DNA from: Candidatus Latescibacterota bacterium
GTDB taxonomy: Bacteria > Latescibacterota > UBA2968 > UBA8231
Reading direction: 5' to 3'
Assembly: GCA_965197905.1 (NCBI GenBank)
Contig: CBDAOB010000005.1
Location: 608,001-672,000, forward strand
DNA: 64,000 nucleotides
In this document: piece by piece, positions 19,220 to 29,391 of the stretch
Position numbering within the stretch: the first letter of the stretch is position 1
Layout of the letters: each line of letters begins with the position of its first letter
Notes under the pieces: generated by a model
Seen by the model: only the letters and a program-made list of their open reading frames with translations
Database searches by the model: none
What the model was told of the DNA's origin: nothing
Program-made: the position numbers and the translations under genes

Positions 19220-20011
19220 ATGACTGAGCCAACCGTGCAACGATTATTAGACCTCACCGGGAAAGTGGCACTGGTCACCGGGGGCACCGGTTATCTCGGA
19301 TCGGCGCTTTCGGCGGCGCTTGCCGAGGCGGGCGCTCGAGTTGTCATAAGCAGCAGAGATAAAGACCGCGCGGCTGAAGCGGCGGGTTTGCTGCCCGGAG
19401 ATGCAGACCATCTCGGTGTCCAGTTGGACCACACGGACGCCGATTCCATCGAATCGGGGTTTGCCGCAGCCGTCAGTCTTGCGGGTGGAGTCGATGTGCT
19501 TGTGAACAATGGGCACGACGCTTTGGGAGAGGATTGGACGACGGTTACCCACGACCAGTTTGCCCGCCATCAAATCAACGTTGCGGGATATTTCACCCTG
19601 GCTCGCTTGGTGCGCAATGCCGCCGTCGACCGCGGGAGCGCCGCCAGCGTCGTTATGCTGGGTTCGATGTATGGTCAGGTGGCATCATATCCAGACTCCT
19701 ACGCCGGCGTGTGCAACGCCAGCCCGGCAGCCTATCACGCCCTCAAGGGCGGGATCATCCAGCTGACACGCCATTTAGCGATCTATTGGGCGGCCGACGG
19801 GGTGCGGGTCAACTGTTTGAGTCCGGGGCCGTTCCCGAATATGGCAAAGGCGCCGGCCGCAATGGTGGAGCGCCTTTGCACCAGAAGTCCGATGAAGCGG
19901 ATGGGGGAACCCCACGAGCTAAAGGGGGCAATGGTATTCCTCGCCAGCGACGCCAGCAGCTATATGACCGGACAGAACCTTACAATCGACGGGGGATGGA
20001 CGGCGTGGTGA
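19220..20011 (+). CDS. Short-chain dehydrogenase/reductase
   Basis: TGGTGYLG, VLVNN, YHALK (YxxxK), VRVN.LSPG, DGGW; RBS GGAGGT before ATG 19220. Confidence 0.92.
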   Translation: MTEPTVQRLLDLTGKVALVTGGTGYLGSALSAALAEAGARVVISSRDKDRAAEAAGLLPGDADHLGVQLDHTDADSIESGFAAAVSLAGGVDVLVNNGHDALGEDWTTVTHDQFARHQINVAGYFTLARLVRNAAVDRGSAASVVMLGSMYGQVASYPDSYAGVCNASPAAYHALKGGIIQLTRHLAIYWAADGVRVNCLSPGPFPNMAKAPAAMVERLCTRSPMKRMGEPHELKGAMVFLASDASSYMTGQNLTIDGGWTAW

Positions 20012-20060
20012 GCCACTGATTCTTCTCGACCGGCTTGTGCCAGGCGAAGGGGGGTGCCGA

Positions 20061-21185
20061 TTACCAGTCGCGAGAGTCCGGAACCACCTTCCAACTGCCG
20101 CTGTCGCGGATAGATTCCTGGCTCATGAGCCCTGGCAAGGTCATATCCATCGCCTCGTGAATCCCGATCGGGCAGGGGGTTCCGTTGATAATGCTGTTGA
20201 GAAAATCCTGAACCTCGAGAAAATCCCCACCGCCGTGCCCCGATTTCAAGGTTTCTTCGGTAGGTTTTCTCCAGATATCGGGCAGGTAATCCTCTTCCAG
20301 TTCATCTAGATTCATCCATTTGTTGTCGTCCTCGCACACCTCCGCAAGCCAGATTCTTCCATGCTCACCCCGGGCACGGGCCGACTCATAACATCCCCGC
20401 GTGCCCTGCAAGGTGTAATTGGTCATGGCGTGAGGCCGCTCGGAGATCATGTCCACGCGAATCTTGATCAGAGCCCCGTGCCGCGTCTTGCACAGCATCA
20501 CACAGGAGTCCTGGTTCTCGTAGAGGTCACCCCGGGGATCCCGGTAATGATGTCCACTGCCTTCGCAACAGACCCTCTCGACCCTATCCCCCTCCATCCA
20601 ATCGAGAATCGGACCCAAGCTGTGTGTGCCATAGGTGACCCCATCGATGCCAGTCTGCCACCGTCGCCTCCACGGGGTGACTTCATTATGCTGTTTCAGC
20701 TCGTGAAGGTATTCCCCCTCGGCGTAATAGAGCTCACCAAACAATCCCCGATCCACCAACGCCTTTACCAGGACGTTAGGTTTTCGGTAGGTATAGTTTT
20801 CGGCCATCATATAGATCGCCGGCGACCGGTTGGCCGCCTCCACCAGGGTTTGGCACTCCTCCAGCGAAACGCCAGCGGTAACCTCACTCAGGACATGGAT
20901 TCCCCGCTCCAGGGCGGCGGTCGACTGGGCGGCGTGGAACGGCATCGGCGTTCCGATCACAACGGCGTCGATGCTTGACCGATCTAGCATCTGTTGATAA
21001 TCGACATAGACCTCGACGGCTCCCAATTCCTCTTTGGCCGCCAGGAGCTGATCCTCTCGCAGGTCACAGATCGCCAACAATTTCGCCCCCGGATATGCGC
21101 CGAGGGCTGATTCGAAACTGGCGCCGCGCCCCGCGGCACCGACGATTCCGACATTCAACGTTTCCAGCGACTGTTGTTTGGGCAC
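20061..21185 (-). CDS. Gfo/Idh/MocA family oxidoreductase (start uncertain; ORF open to 21296)
   Basis: NVGIVG, VIGTP..HA, HVLSEV, MMAEN, Y.TH.LG, GHGGGD. Confidence 0.88.
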   Translation of the reverse strand: MPKQQSLETLNVGIVGAAGRGASFESALGAYPGAKLLAICDLREDQLLAAKEELGAVEVYVDYQQMLDRSSIDAVVIGTPMPFHAAQSTAALERGIHVLSEVTAGVSLEECQTLVEAANRSPAIYMMAENYTYRKPNVLVKALVDRGLFGELYYAEGEYLHELKQHNEVTPWRRRWQTGIDGVTYGTHSLGPILDWMEGDRVERVCCEGSGHHYRDPRGDLYENQDSCVMLCKTRHGALIKIRVDMISERPHAMTNYTLQGTRGCYESARARGEHGRIWLAEVCEDDNKWMNLDELEEDYLPDIWRKPTEETLKSGHGGGDFLEVQDFLNSIINGTPCPIGIHEAMDMTLPGLMSQESIRDSGSWKVVPDSRDW

Positions 21186-21484
21186 CGTTTCTATTCTCGC
21201 AGGTTTGGCCTTGAACAGGGCCCTCGGTATCTCGTTCGGCGAGGCGGCCGTTCCGGATACACCGGGATTCGCGCGCCGGCAAATCAGGTCGAGCACGCTG
21301 CCGGTGTCAAGACGCCCACCTGCAGACGTGACTTTTTTTGCGACGCCGTTCTACCTGGAATCATCTAATCGAGTTAACTGCAGTATAGACCTGTCCGGCG
21401 GAAGTCGTGATCGCGAATGGAGGGAGAATCCACATCCACCACCGGACTCGAAGGTTGCCCTCATTACCCATTAAGGAGAAGAAG

Positions 21485-22279
21485 ATGAAAAAGTTGGCTT
21501 TCGTATTCGCCGTTTTGCTCGCAGTGGGCGTGGCCGGCGCTCCGGTCGCGGCCGGCACCTTCGCGACAAAGCCGGGTGATCCTGGCAATACGGTAACCTT
21601 CGAAATCTCCGCGCCGCTGGAGACCATAGTTGGCACGACTGGTGGAGCCGTCAAGGGACATTTCGACTTCGATCCGAACAACGTCAAAGCCTTGAAGAGC
21701 GGCATGTTCGTCATCAACGTCGCATCTTTTGAAACCGGCATTGACCTGCGCGATGAGCACTTTCGCGACAACTTCCTGCATACAGCCAAATATCCCAACG
21801 CTACGTTCACCTTGGGCAAGGTAACGAAAACGTCGGCGAAGTCGGTAAAGACCGGCGCGTCCGTGGACCTGGAGCTGGAAGGCACCCTGGACATGCATGG
21901 GGTCCAACGTAGCGAGACCGTCGCCGCCACCGTCACCTATATGGATGACGGCATGGTCCCCGACAACGTGCTGCCCGGAAACGTAATCGCCGTTAAGGCG
22001 AACCTTCGGGTCGCCTTGGCTGACTACAAGATCGAGCGCCCGGAAATGCTGGTGCTCAAGGTCGGCGAGGTGGTCGACATCGACGTCATTCTGAGAATGA
22101 CCGACTCCCCTAAAACGGTGAATGCCTGCGGTGGTTGCGGGGATTGTGGCGGATGTGGGGATTGTGGCGGATGTGGGGATTGTGGTGGATGTGGTGATGG
22201 CGGTGGCTGCGGCGGCAGTTGCGGTGGTGGTTGTGGTGGTGGCTGTGGAGGCGGTTGTGGCGGTAGCTGCGGAGGCTGA
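21485..22279 (+). CDS. Secreted YceI-family protein with C-terminal Cys/Gly-rich tail
   Basis: AAGGAG RBS; signal peptide MKKLAFVFAVLLAVGVAGAPVAA; YceI motifs TGIDLRDEH, KYPNATF, GTLDMHGV; tail (CGGCGD)4...(CGGx)n. Confidence 0.9.
   Translation: MKKLAFVFAVLLAVGVAGAPVAAGTFATKPGDPGNTVTFEISAPLETIVGTTGGAVKGHFDFDPNNVKALKSGMFVINVASFETGIDLRDEHFRDNFLHTAKYPNATFTLGKVTKTSAKSVKTGASVDLELEGTLDMHGVQRSETVAATVTYMDDGMVPDNVLPGNVIAVKANLRVALADYKIERPEMLVLKVGEVVDIDVILRMTDSPKTVNACGGCGDCGGCGDCGGCGDCGGCGDGGGCGGSCGGGCGGGCGGGCGGSCGG
22127..22276 (+). repeat. Coding tandem repeat: 18-bp unit ggggattgtggcggatgt x3 (22139-22192, third copy with 1 mismatch) plus degenerate CGGx codon repeats
   Basis: Read directly; encodes 50 aa containing 14 Cys, 30 Gly, 4 Asp and 2 Ser. 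Confidence 0.95.
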
Positions 22280-22302
22280 CCAACCTTTTCAGTATCAACA
22301 AC

Positions 22303-22339
22303 AAAGCCCCGCGGATTCCTGCAATCTGCGGGGCTTTTT
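22303..22339 (+). terminator. Intrinsic terminator, probably bidirectional
   Basis: aaagccccgcggatt-cctgc-aatctgcggggcttt stem-loop with T tail, between convergent genes. Confidence 0.85.
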
Positions 22340-22372
22340 CATCAATTGATGGCCGTCGGCGGAGTCACTCCC

Positions 22373-23582
22373 TCACATCTTCTCGTCCAGAGATCTCTCG
22401 CTTTGCATGTGCTTCAATGAGGGTATTACCCGCTTCAGCTCCGCCACGTAGTCCGTTTTCGATACATCTGTTCGTGACTTAGCGGCGCGCGCGAAGCGAA
22501 TAAATTCGTCCGTGGCAGCTGTGTCGACGCCGTTGACCGATTGTTCCACCACCCCAACACAACGAAAACGATTCAGGTCCAAGCTATCTCCCTCGCTGTA
22601 GAACTCCTCGAACGGCTTCTCGCCCGAGGTGTCACTGGAGGTGAACAGGCAAGGCCACCTGTTCTGTGGTAGCAATTTGTCGATGGATGCCCTGGCCTCG
22701 TCCTCAGTCCGGCACTCGAACGCCTCGTACCCCAACATACTTAGAAGCTCGAGTGCGATCTCGGGGAAGGTTTTTTCTTTCAGCACTTCCAATTTCGGAA
22801 AAAAACATCGCCGTTCTCGCCCAGTATGCTTGACAGCAAACAGAGATGTCCAGCCTCCTCGTGGGAGATGAAATATCGCCGAACATCCTTGGGAGCCGCG
22901 AGTGGTTGCCTCTTTTGCAGGCGTTGGAGAAGACCGAAGGGCAGGCTGCCATTGGAGAACGCGACATTGGCGAATCGCGCAGAGGAGTAGTGCTGAACGT
23001 CCGCGTGTGAAAGCAAGACCCTCTCCATAACCATCTTTGTGGCGCCCATAAGGCTGCCGGGATTGACCGCTTTATCCGAGGACACCGAAAAGAAATTGCG
23101 GCATGGTCTTGGCAGGTTGTGCACAAAGTCATTCAAGAACAGGACATTCGTATCCACCATACGCATCAGGGAATAGACATCCTTTTCCGAACGCACATGT
23201 TTCAAGGCGGACAGATTCAGAATAAAGTCGAACGGCTCCTGGTCAGAGAAATAGCGCGCGAACTCGGTACTGCCAAGTCCAATGGGCAATTCTACCAGTT
23301 CATCAGGTGGCCGAATATCCGGCGATGAACGGAGTTCTCGAACCACCTCCACCAGACCATTTTCGTTCAAGTCGAACAACGCCATGGTCTTCGGTGAAAA
23401 CTCCAGAATAGCCCGAACGGTTGAAAAGCCGATCGATCCGGCGGCGCCAACAACAGCGATCCGGCTACCATTTAGCCGTTCGCCGATTTCGCTCGGTGGT
23501 CATCCAGATCACCTGCAAAAAGCGAACGTTCGCGACCGGTAGCGATTTTCTCGTAATCCGAGAGGATGCGTGGCTGGATCAT
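22373..23582 (-). pseudogene. Polysaccharide biosynthesis nucleotide-sugar 4,6-dehydratase (Polysacc_synt_2, CapD/PseB-like), split by two frameshifts
   Basis: MIQPRIL..GRERSLF.GDL / shift at ~23491 / EIGERLNGSRIAVVGAAGSIG...SALKHVRSE...VSSDKAVNP..MGATK...ARFANV / shift in A7 run 22799-22805 / PKLEVLKEK...TSGEKPFEEF. Confidence 0.8.
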
Positions 23583-23676
23583 AGTGGTCTTGCTGGACAC
23601 TCGGCTTCCTCAATTGCCGGGTTCAATTGTTCAAGAAAAGGATGGGCCGAGGTCTCCGCCGACGCAACTGCTGCCC

Positions 23677-25356
23677 CTACTTCCGATTCGCAGCCAGGCC
23701 CGCGCGCGCGCGGAGCACGACGGGGAGTTCCGAATCGGCTAATCGCCAGGTGGCAAGCGCTTGTTCGTAGGCCTGTGCGGCCGCTTCGGTCTGGTTTCCC
23801 ATTTCGTAAGTCTTGGCCAATCCCAGCAACATGTGCCCGCTTCGGGGCCGTTTGGCGAGCGCTTTCTGAAAGGCGTCGCGGGCTGTGCGCCAATCGCCGG
23901 CTCTGAGCGCAACCTCACCGTGGCTTTCGTGCAGAGAGCGGGCAAATTCAGGCGGCTCCTCGTATGGCAGCGCGGCAGAACTGGAAATGGCTCTTGCGAT
24001 ACGTTCGTATGCCTCATCGTGCTCACCCCTGACGCTGTGTATCTGTGCCTGAAGCTGGTCGGCGAGGATTTCGAGGTAGTCGACCCGCCGCCGCCGGTGG
24101 TAGCGGTCCCTCCGGGGCGGCTCCTCCACGAGATACATCCAGGTTAGATTGGTCAGCTTGGCCAGCTCACTTATGGCCAGATCCACATCGTCTGTGGCCA
24201 GCGCGCTCATTCCCCGGGTGTAGGCCAACTGGCCGTTGGCGAACAGGCCGCCAAAGTTGGCGCTTAAGGTGTCGTTGGCCGCCAGTTTGGCTAGGGCAGC
24301 GGATGCCAGTTTCCATTCGCGGTAGCGAATGTGCAACCGCACCCGCGCCATACGTCCCTGGTAATAGATGATCGTGCGCCGACTGCTCAGCGCTACCTCT
24401 TCAAGCTTGCGCGCCCACCGTAGGCCCTCCCGGTAGCGTCCGTCTTCGGCGCAGTTGGCTACCAGGTAGCTGAGGTTGTGCACATAGTTCCAGTTGTTGT
24501 ACGCCGGCGTACCGTACTCGGCCATGTAGGTGGAATCCACCGCGAACGCTTCGACGAATGAAGCCCTGGCACCGGCATAGTCGCCGCTCAAATAGCGGAT
24601 ATGACCGGGCATGTGAACGACGTGTGCGTTGGCAGGCGCGAGGGCTGCTATCTTCTCAGCACTCTCGTGGGCCGCTCCGGGATTGTCCCCGCGTTCCTCG
24701 ATATGAATGTAATAGTGGTGAACCCCGAGATGGTCGGGGCGTGTCTTCAACAACGGTTTGATGAGCGCCAGGGGATCGGGCTCGCCTTTTCGCGGATGAC
24801 CGGGATAATAACCCCGCATAAGGAAGCGGATGAGAAAAATCTTGGCTTCGACGTCTTCGGGGTACGCGGCGATAAGGCTCTGCATCTCTTGGATGTAGGC
24901 CTGGCGGCCGATGGAATCGAGCAGCACGGTCGCCCGCAGATATCGTTGCTCACGGTCTGTAACATCGGGGATCAAGCTCTTGAACTTGCGAAAGGCGGTC
25001 CTATTCTCCGACCTCCTTCCACGCGGCGTTTGATAGATGCCCCACCAGGCTACAGCACATGAGGAATCGAGACGGGTTGCCGTGCGAAACGACCTCATGG
25101 CTTCGTAGTACCAGAACCCGTGCAGGAGGGCAAATCCCTGGTTTACATAACGTTGTGCCTCCGGCGACATCGTGGTAGCGGGAAACGAGGCGGTGCTGAT
25201 GCCGGTCAATAACGCCGGATAATCCGAAGGCTGTGGCGGGGTACTACAGGAAAGAAGGCAGAGGAGTAGGCCGAAGAGAATCAAGGGTGGCGCCGCCGCA
25301 TGGCGCGTTGGGGCACGGATATCGTAGTTCAATACACCTTTTGGTCGACATCTCAT
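23677..25356 (-). CDS. TPR-repeat putative lipoprotein
   Basis: Hydrophobic stretch ending LLSC; AQRYVNQG..LLHGFW..EA.RSF, HYYIH, HMPGHI, HN..Y motifs; C-terminal TPR. Confidence 0.8.
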   Translation of the reverse strand: MRCRPKGVLNYDIRAPTRHAAAPPLILFGLLLCLLSCSTPPQPSDYPALLTGISTASFPATTMSPEAQRYVNQGFALLHGFWYYEAMRSFRTATRLDSSCAVAWWGIYQTPRGRRSENRTAFRKFKSLIPDVTDREQRYLRATVLLDSIGRQAYIQEMQSLIAAYPEDVEAKIFLIRFLMRGYYPGHPRKGEPDPLALIKPLLKTRPDHLGVHHYYIHIEERGDNPGAAHESAEKIAALAPANAHVVHMPGHIRYLSGDYAGARASFVEAFAVDSTYMAEYGTPAYNNWNYVHNLSYLVANCAEDGRYREGLRWARKLEEVALSSRRTIIYYQGRMARVRLHIRYREWKLASAALAKLAANDTLSANFGGLFANGQLAYTRGMSALATDDVDLAISELAKLTNLTWMYLVEEPPRRDRYHRRRRVDYLEILADQLQAQIHSVRGEHDEAYERIARAISSSAALPYEEPPEFARSLHESHGEVALRAGDWRTARDAFQKALAKRPRSGHMLLGLAKTYEMGNQTEAAAQAYEQALATWRLADSELPVVLRARAGLAANRK

Positions 25357-25399
25357 CTAGAATTCAACGGGAGGCGGCTTGTCCGCAAGCTTGGCGCGA

Positions 25400-26359
25400 T
25401 CACGTGCTTTTCGGAACCGTAACCTGCGTAAACTCGAATTTGGGACCCTTCGTGTAGGTTGCTCCCAAACCCAGGCCCCAATCTGCCTTACCCCCGGCCA
25501 ACCGCCCCTCCGCCCAGGCTTTCAACGGTAGGTTATCCCAGTTGTCCGTGAACCAGTACTGGGAAGACGGTCCTCCCAGAGGGTCCTTACCCAGGGGATT
25601 CGAAAGGTCGCCCATCGCCCCCAACAGCTGGCGCCGGATGGGCGAGCTTCGGGCGATCAGATTCGGATCCTGTTCGATGTGACCGCTGGGGCGTATCCAT
25701 CTGGGACCATAGCTAATGTAGAGTGCCTTGCGGAAGCCTCCGGAGAGATTCGGGGTCACCCCGTGGAGCAGCGTTGGCCGCCACAGCAGGGCGCTTCCGG
25801 CCGGCACTCGCAATTCGAAGATCTCTTTGGGATCGAGCCAGGATTCCCAGGTGGCTCGTTGCTCCCGGTTCCATCGAAAACTGCCGGGTACCAGCAAAAT
25901 GGTGCTGTGTCCCTCTGCTGTGTGGTCGGATAGGTACCATCCGACCTTGAAGTCTAGCAACGGCATAACGCCGTCCACGGTGGTCCCGGCGAACTCCTCT
26001 TCGTAGTCGAAGTGCCAGCCCAGCGACATCATTTCGGGATCTGCGCCGATCGGAAGCGGGGCTTTGTAATCGAAGACGCTGTCGCGGTTCTGTATGTTCC
26101 AGCCGAGGATATCCACCAACATGGGCAAGATAGCTGGGTGGTCGATGAGATCGAGAATGTGTTCATGCCGCGAGATGCCATTGCGCAGGGATACGGAATC
26201 GTCCGGGGACAGACCCCGCAGCGCCCGGGTCTGCTCCGCGACCTCGTCCATGGCTCGTGAAACCCGGTCAACGGAGTCGTTGTCCAGGGCATTCTCGACT
26301 ACGGTGAATCCCTGGCCGTTGAGCTCATCTTTTTGTCCCTCGGTTATGGCAATCGGCAT
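25400..26359 (-). CDS. PhyH-family Fe(II)/2OG dioxygenase
   Basis: GFTVVENAL, WHFD (HxD), LVPGS, AGSALLW...LLHG; ATG 26359. Confidence 0.85.
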   Translation of the reverse strand: MPIAITEGQKDELNGQGFTVVENALDNDSVDRVSRAMDEVAEQTRALRGLSPDDSVSLRNGISRHEHILDLIDHPAILPMLVDILGWNIQNRDSVFDYKAPLPIGADPEMMSLGWHFDYEEEFAGTTVDGVMPLLDFKVGWYLSDHTAEGHSTILLVPGSFRWNREQRATWESWLDPKEIFELRVPAGSALLWRPTLLHGVTPNLSGGFRKALYISYGPRWIRPSGHIEQDPNLIARSSPIRRQLLGAMGDLSNPLGKDPLGGPSSQYWFTDNWDNLPLKAWAEGRLAGGKADWGLGLGATYTKGPKFEFTQVTVPKST

Positions 26360-26462
26360 CTGGACACGCCCCTCTGCTAGTGCGGTGTCAAGGTTGAAGC
26401 CCCACTCGTTTTCATCCGTCGTGCTGTAGGCATTGCGTTCTTCCGCGTACCGTGGGCGGTTG

Positions 26463-27377
26463 TCAACGCGCGTAGTCGTCGGGGTTGTTCTTGCGCCAAT
26501 TCGGAAGATAACCCTCCGTCTCGCCGAATCCGTAGGATGGTCCGATTTGATTCGTAGACGTCCACGGCCAGGCTTGACCGCCCATGAGCCGATATTGGTT
26601 TCCTTTGCCGCACAGCCAGTAAAACATGTGGGCGACGTAGCGGGCATCTCCGTGGCCGCCGTAATGGGCGGATCCAGAATCGAACGCTACTTCCCGCACC
26701 CAGTCCCCGACCGGCGGCGTTGTTCGCCAGTAATTGTATTTCAGCATATGGCGAAGCCCATTCGCGGTCGACTTCCCGCGTCGGTGCAGGATGCTTTGGG
26801 AATGGATCCCGAAGGAACCGGCCGGTCCCTCGGCGAGGACGCCGGCCGCGTCTTCCGCCATGGTCGTGGGGCGGATGTGAGATCCTGGTACAAACTCGGT
26901 TGGACCCAGCTCTGCCGGCGTATCCTGAGGAAAATAAAAAACCTCCAGGAAGTTGGTCTCCGGACCGAACACGTGGTCGGCATCGTGGTGCCATCCCTGC
27001 GCTGGTTTTGGGCACTCCATTGGATGGCTGCTAACGAGCACCGGCAGCCCGAGGTCCTTCCCCAGCAACGACCGCAGGGCGCCGGTCAGCCGGGGGTTGA
27101 GCACGACGTTCTCGTGGAACCAATCCTCTAGTAGAATCGTGCTCGGCTCGTGAGATGCGCGGATCCGCTCGAGGTCCGCGGATGTCATGCCTTTGGGAAC
27201 GAACCTCGGATTCGCCGGCATAACGCCGTTGAGATACTCGAGCGTCATTTTGTTGAATTCATTGGGCACGACACCCTCGAGCAGGAGAAAACCTGTGCGA
27301 CAGAACTCCAACACTTGGCTGTCGGTCAGGGTAGGATCGCAATCGAAGGTTTGTCGTGTCTCGTCGTGGTTCGCCAA
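26463..27377 (-). CDS. PhyH-family Fe(II)/2OG dioxygenase
   Basis: LTDSQV.EF...GFL, WHHD, GPTEFVPGSH, ILHR. Confidence 0.88.
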   Translation of the reverse strand: MANHDETRQTFDCDPTLTDSQVLEFCRTGFLLLEGVVPNEFNKMTLEYLNGVMPANPRFVPKGMTSADLERIRASHEPSTILLEDWFHENVVLNPRLTGALRSLLGKDLGLPVLVSSHPMECPKPAQGWHHDADHVFGPETNFLEVFYFPQDTPAELGPTEFVPGSHIRPTTMAEDAAGVLAEGPAGSFGIHSQSILHRRGKSTANGLRHMLKYNYWRTTPPVGDWVREVAFDSGSAHYGGHGDARYVAHMFYWLCGKGNQYRLMGGQAWPWTSTNQIGPSYGFGETEGYLPNWRKNNPDDYAR

Positions 27378-27585
27378 GTGCTAAAATCTCCCATTTGGTT
27401 GAAGCCTGTAAACGTGGGCAACGCCCAAGTTAGGCGTCATATCGGTCGGCCAAAGTCGGAGAAACCTATTAGAGTACGTACGAAAAAGCCAATGGCGTCA
27501 AAATCTCGGACGTCCTGGAAACGCGTGTTCTCCCGCACACACGTTATGAGGCGCAAAGGGTAGGTCGGTCGGGTTACCGCAGGGG

Positions 27586-29267
27586 TTACTCGTACACCAC
27601 GCTTACGCCGCGATGGCGCAGTGCGCCGATCTGGAAGGTTGCTGCCAGGACCGAGAGCGGGTTCCCAGCCAAGGTGATCACGGTTTCCTCGCCAATAGCC
27701 AGGTTCTCAACCAGAGGGGTAAGATCGGATATTTCGTTCGAGGACAGGAGTAACCGACGGAGATTCTGCGAGCCCGCCAGCGGCCCAAGATCACTGATCT
27801 GATTTGAAGAGACATTCAATTCTTCCAGGTTCGTCAACCTGCAACGAAGGCGATGTCGTCGATGCCGTTGTGGCTGAGTTGCAGGTGGGTCAGCGCCTTG
27901 TTGGCCAGGGATGGGACACCGCTGATCTGGTTGTTGTTGGCAACTAGGCTTTCCAGCTTTGGGAGGTTTCCGAGGGTGGACAGGTCGGAGATCTGATTCA
28001 GCGAAATTCTGAGCTCGCGCAGATTGACGAGGCTGCCCAGCGGTCCCAGATCCTCGATCCTGTTGCGATCCAACAAAAGTACTTCGAGGTCTGCCAGGGT
28101 ACCCAACGCGGAGATATCGACGAGGCGATTCTGGCTGAGGACCAATCTCTTCAATCGGGATAAACCGGAAAGCGGCTCCAAGCTGCCAAGCGGATTGTGG
28201 GCGAGTCCGAGCTCACGAAGATTGATCAGACCGGACAGGGCGGAAAGGTCGACGATTCCGTTGAAGTCGAGTGTCAGAAACTCGAGCTGAACCAAAGCGG
28301 CCAGCGGAGTGATATCGACGATCTGATTCGTGCCCAGCGACAGAACCCGCAGATTGCGCAGACCAGCCAGCGGGGTCAGGTCGGTAATTCGATTCAAACT
28401 GACTCGCAATTCCTCCAGACGGGTAAGTTTCTCGATGCCACCAAGGCTGGTGACAATGCTGTTGATTTGCTGGAGCGCCCTGACTCCGGCTACATCCGTC
28501 AGGGTGATCTCCCCCTCCGATATCTGGCTGGCGCGCCGAAGCGATGAGAATAGGAAGGGGTCGTCGAAAACGAGCGGATCGCGAATGCGCATCACCTCGA
28601 AGTTCAGCGGAGCCCGCCGGTCGATCTCCTGTCCTTGAAGAGCCAGCGTTTCGATGTCGAATCCGGAGATGATCACAGAGAACAAATCGGGGTGCGCCTG
28701 GGCTGGAATCGCAGTCTTTGCGGGTCGAGCTGAAAGGATGGTGCTGGGGCCGTCTATCAAGGTCATCTTTCGCGTTTGGGAAGAAGAGCCCGCCTTCAGA
28801 CGGTAGAAGTAGACCCCCGCCGCGACTCCGAAACCGTTTCGGTCCCGCCCGTGCCAGGGTATCTGGTATTGGCCCGCAGGGCGTTCGTCATCGAGCAGGA
28901 TTTGCACCGGATGCCCGAGGCTGTTGTAGACCGCTAAACGCACATGGGATGGGCGGTCGAGCCGGAAGGAAATGAGGGTGCTGGGATTGAAGGGATTTGG
29001 ATAGTTCGGCGACAGGCGGAACCCCTGGGGAACGCCTGAGTCGCGCTCGAAAATCGAAGTGGGAATATCGACGGCGATGACATAGGCCCCAAAGGTATCG
29101 GTGGTATCCGACACGAAACTGTTCCCCGTCGCTTCGTTGGTCAGCTCCACCATGGCACCGGAGACGGCAACACCCTGGCCGTCGGTAACCTGTCCCGAAA
29201 GGTTAAGTGCGCTGGCGGTTTGCACTGCGAGCAGAACGGCGATCGTCAGCGCAACAATCAGTCGCAA
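27586..29267 (-). CDS. Secreted internalin-like LRR protein with carboxypeptidase-regulatory-like and FlgD-Ig/CTD-like domains; frameshift at ~27838
   Basis: Signal peptide; LSGQVTD..G.AVSGA.V; NYPNPFNPST..W.G.D..G..VA.GVYFY; more than 10 LRRs (L.L..N.I.D..PL); the downstream ORF 27586-27837 continues the LRRs if one base is added in gcaggttg. Confidence 0.82.
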
Positions 29268-29391
29268 CGCAACTCCTTTGTTAGGCGTGAGCCTAACGGT
29301 TCGATTCCAAGGGCATGGACATCCAACGGCGATGGCGCTCTCTAGTTAGATATCTCCACGGCCGTTCCCGATTCACGGATTCGGCACAGGG

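Noticed and set aside
22127..22276. CRISPR or non-coding repeat array
   Set aside because: There are no unique spacers, and the unit lengths are multiples of three within a coding frame.
22277..22339. Selenocysteine read-through of the YceI TGA
   Set aside because: The downstream hairpin is a typical terminator with a T tail and the read-through peptide is unremarkable; I cannot support a SECIS.
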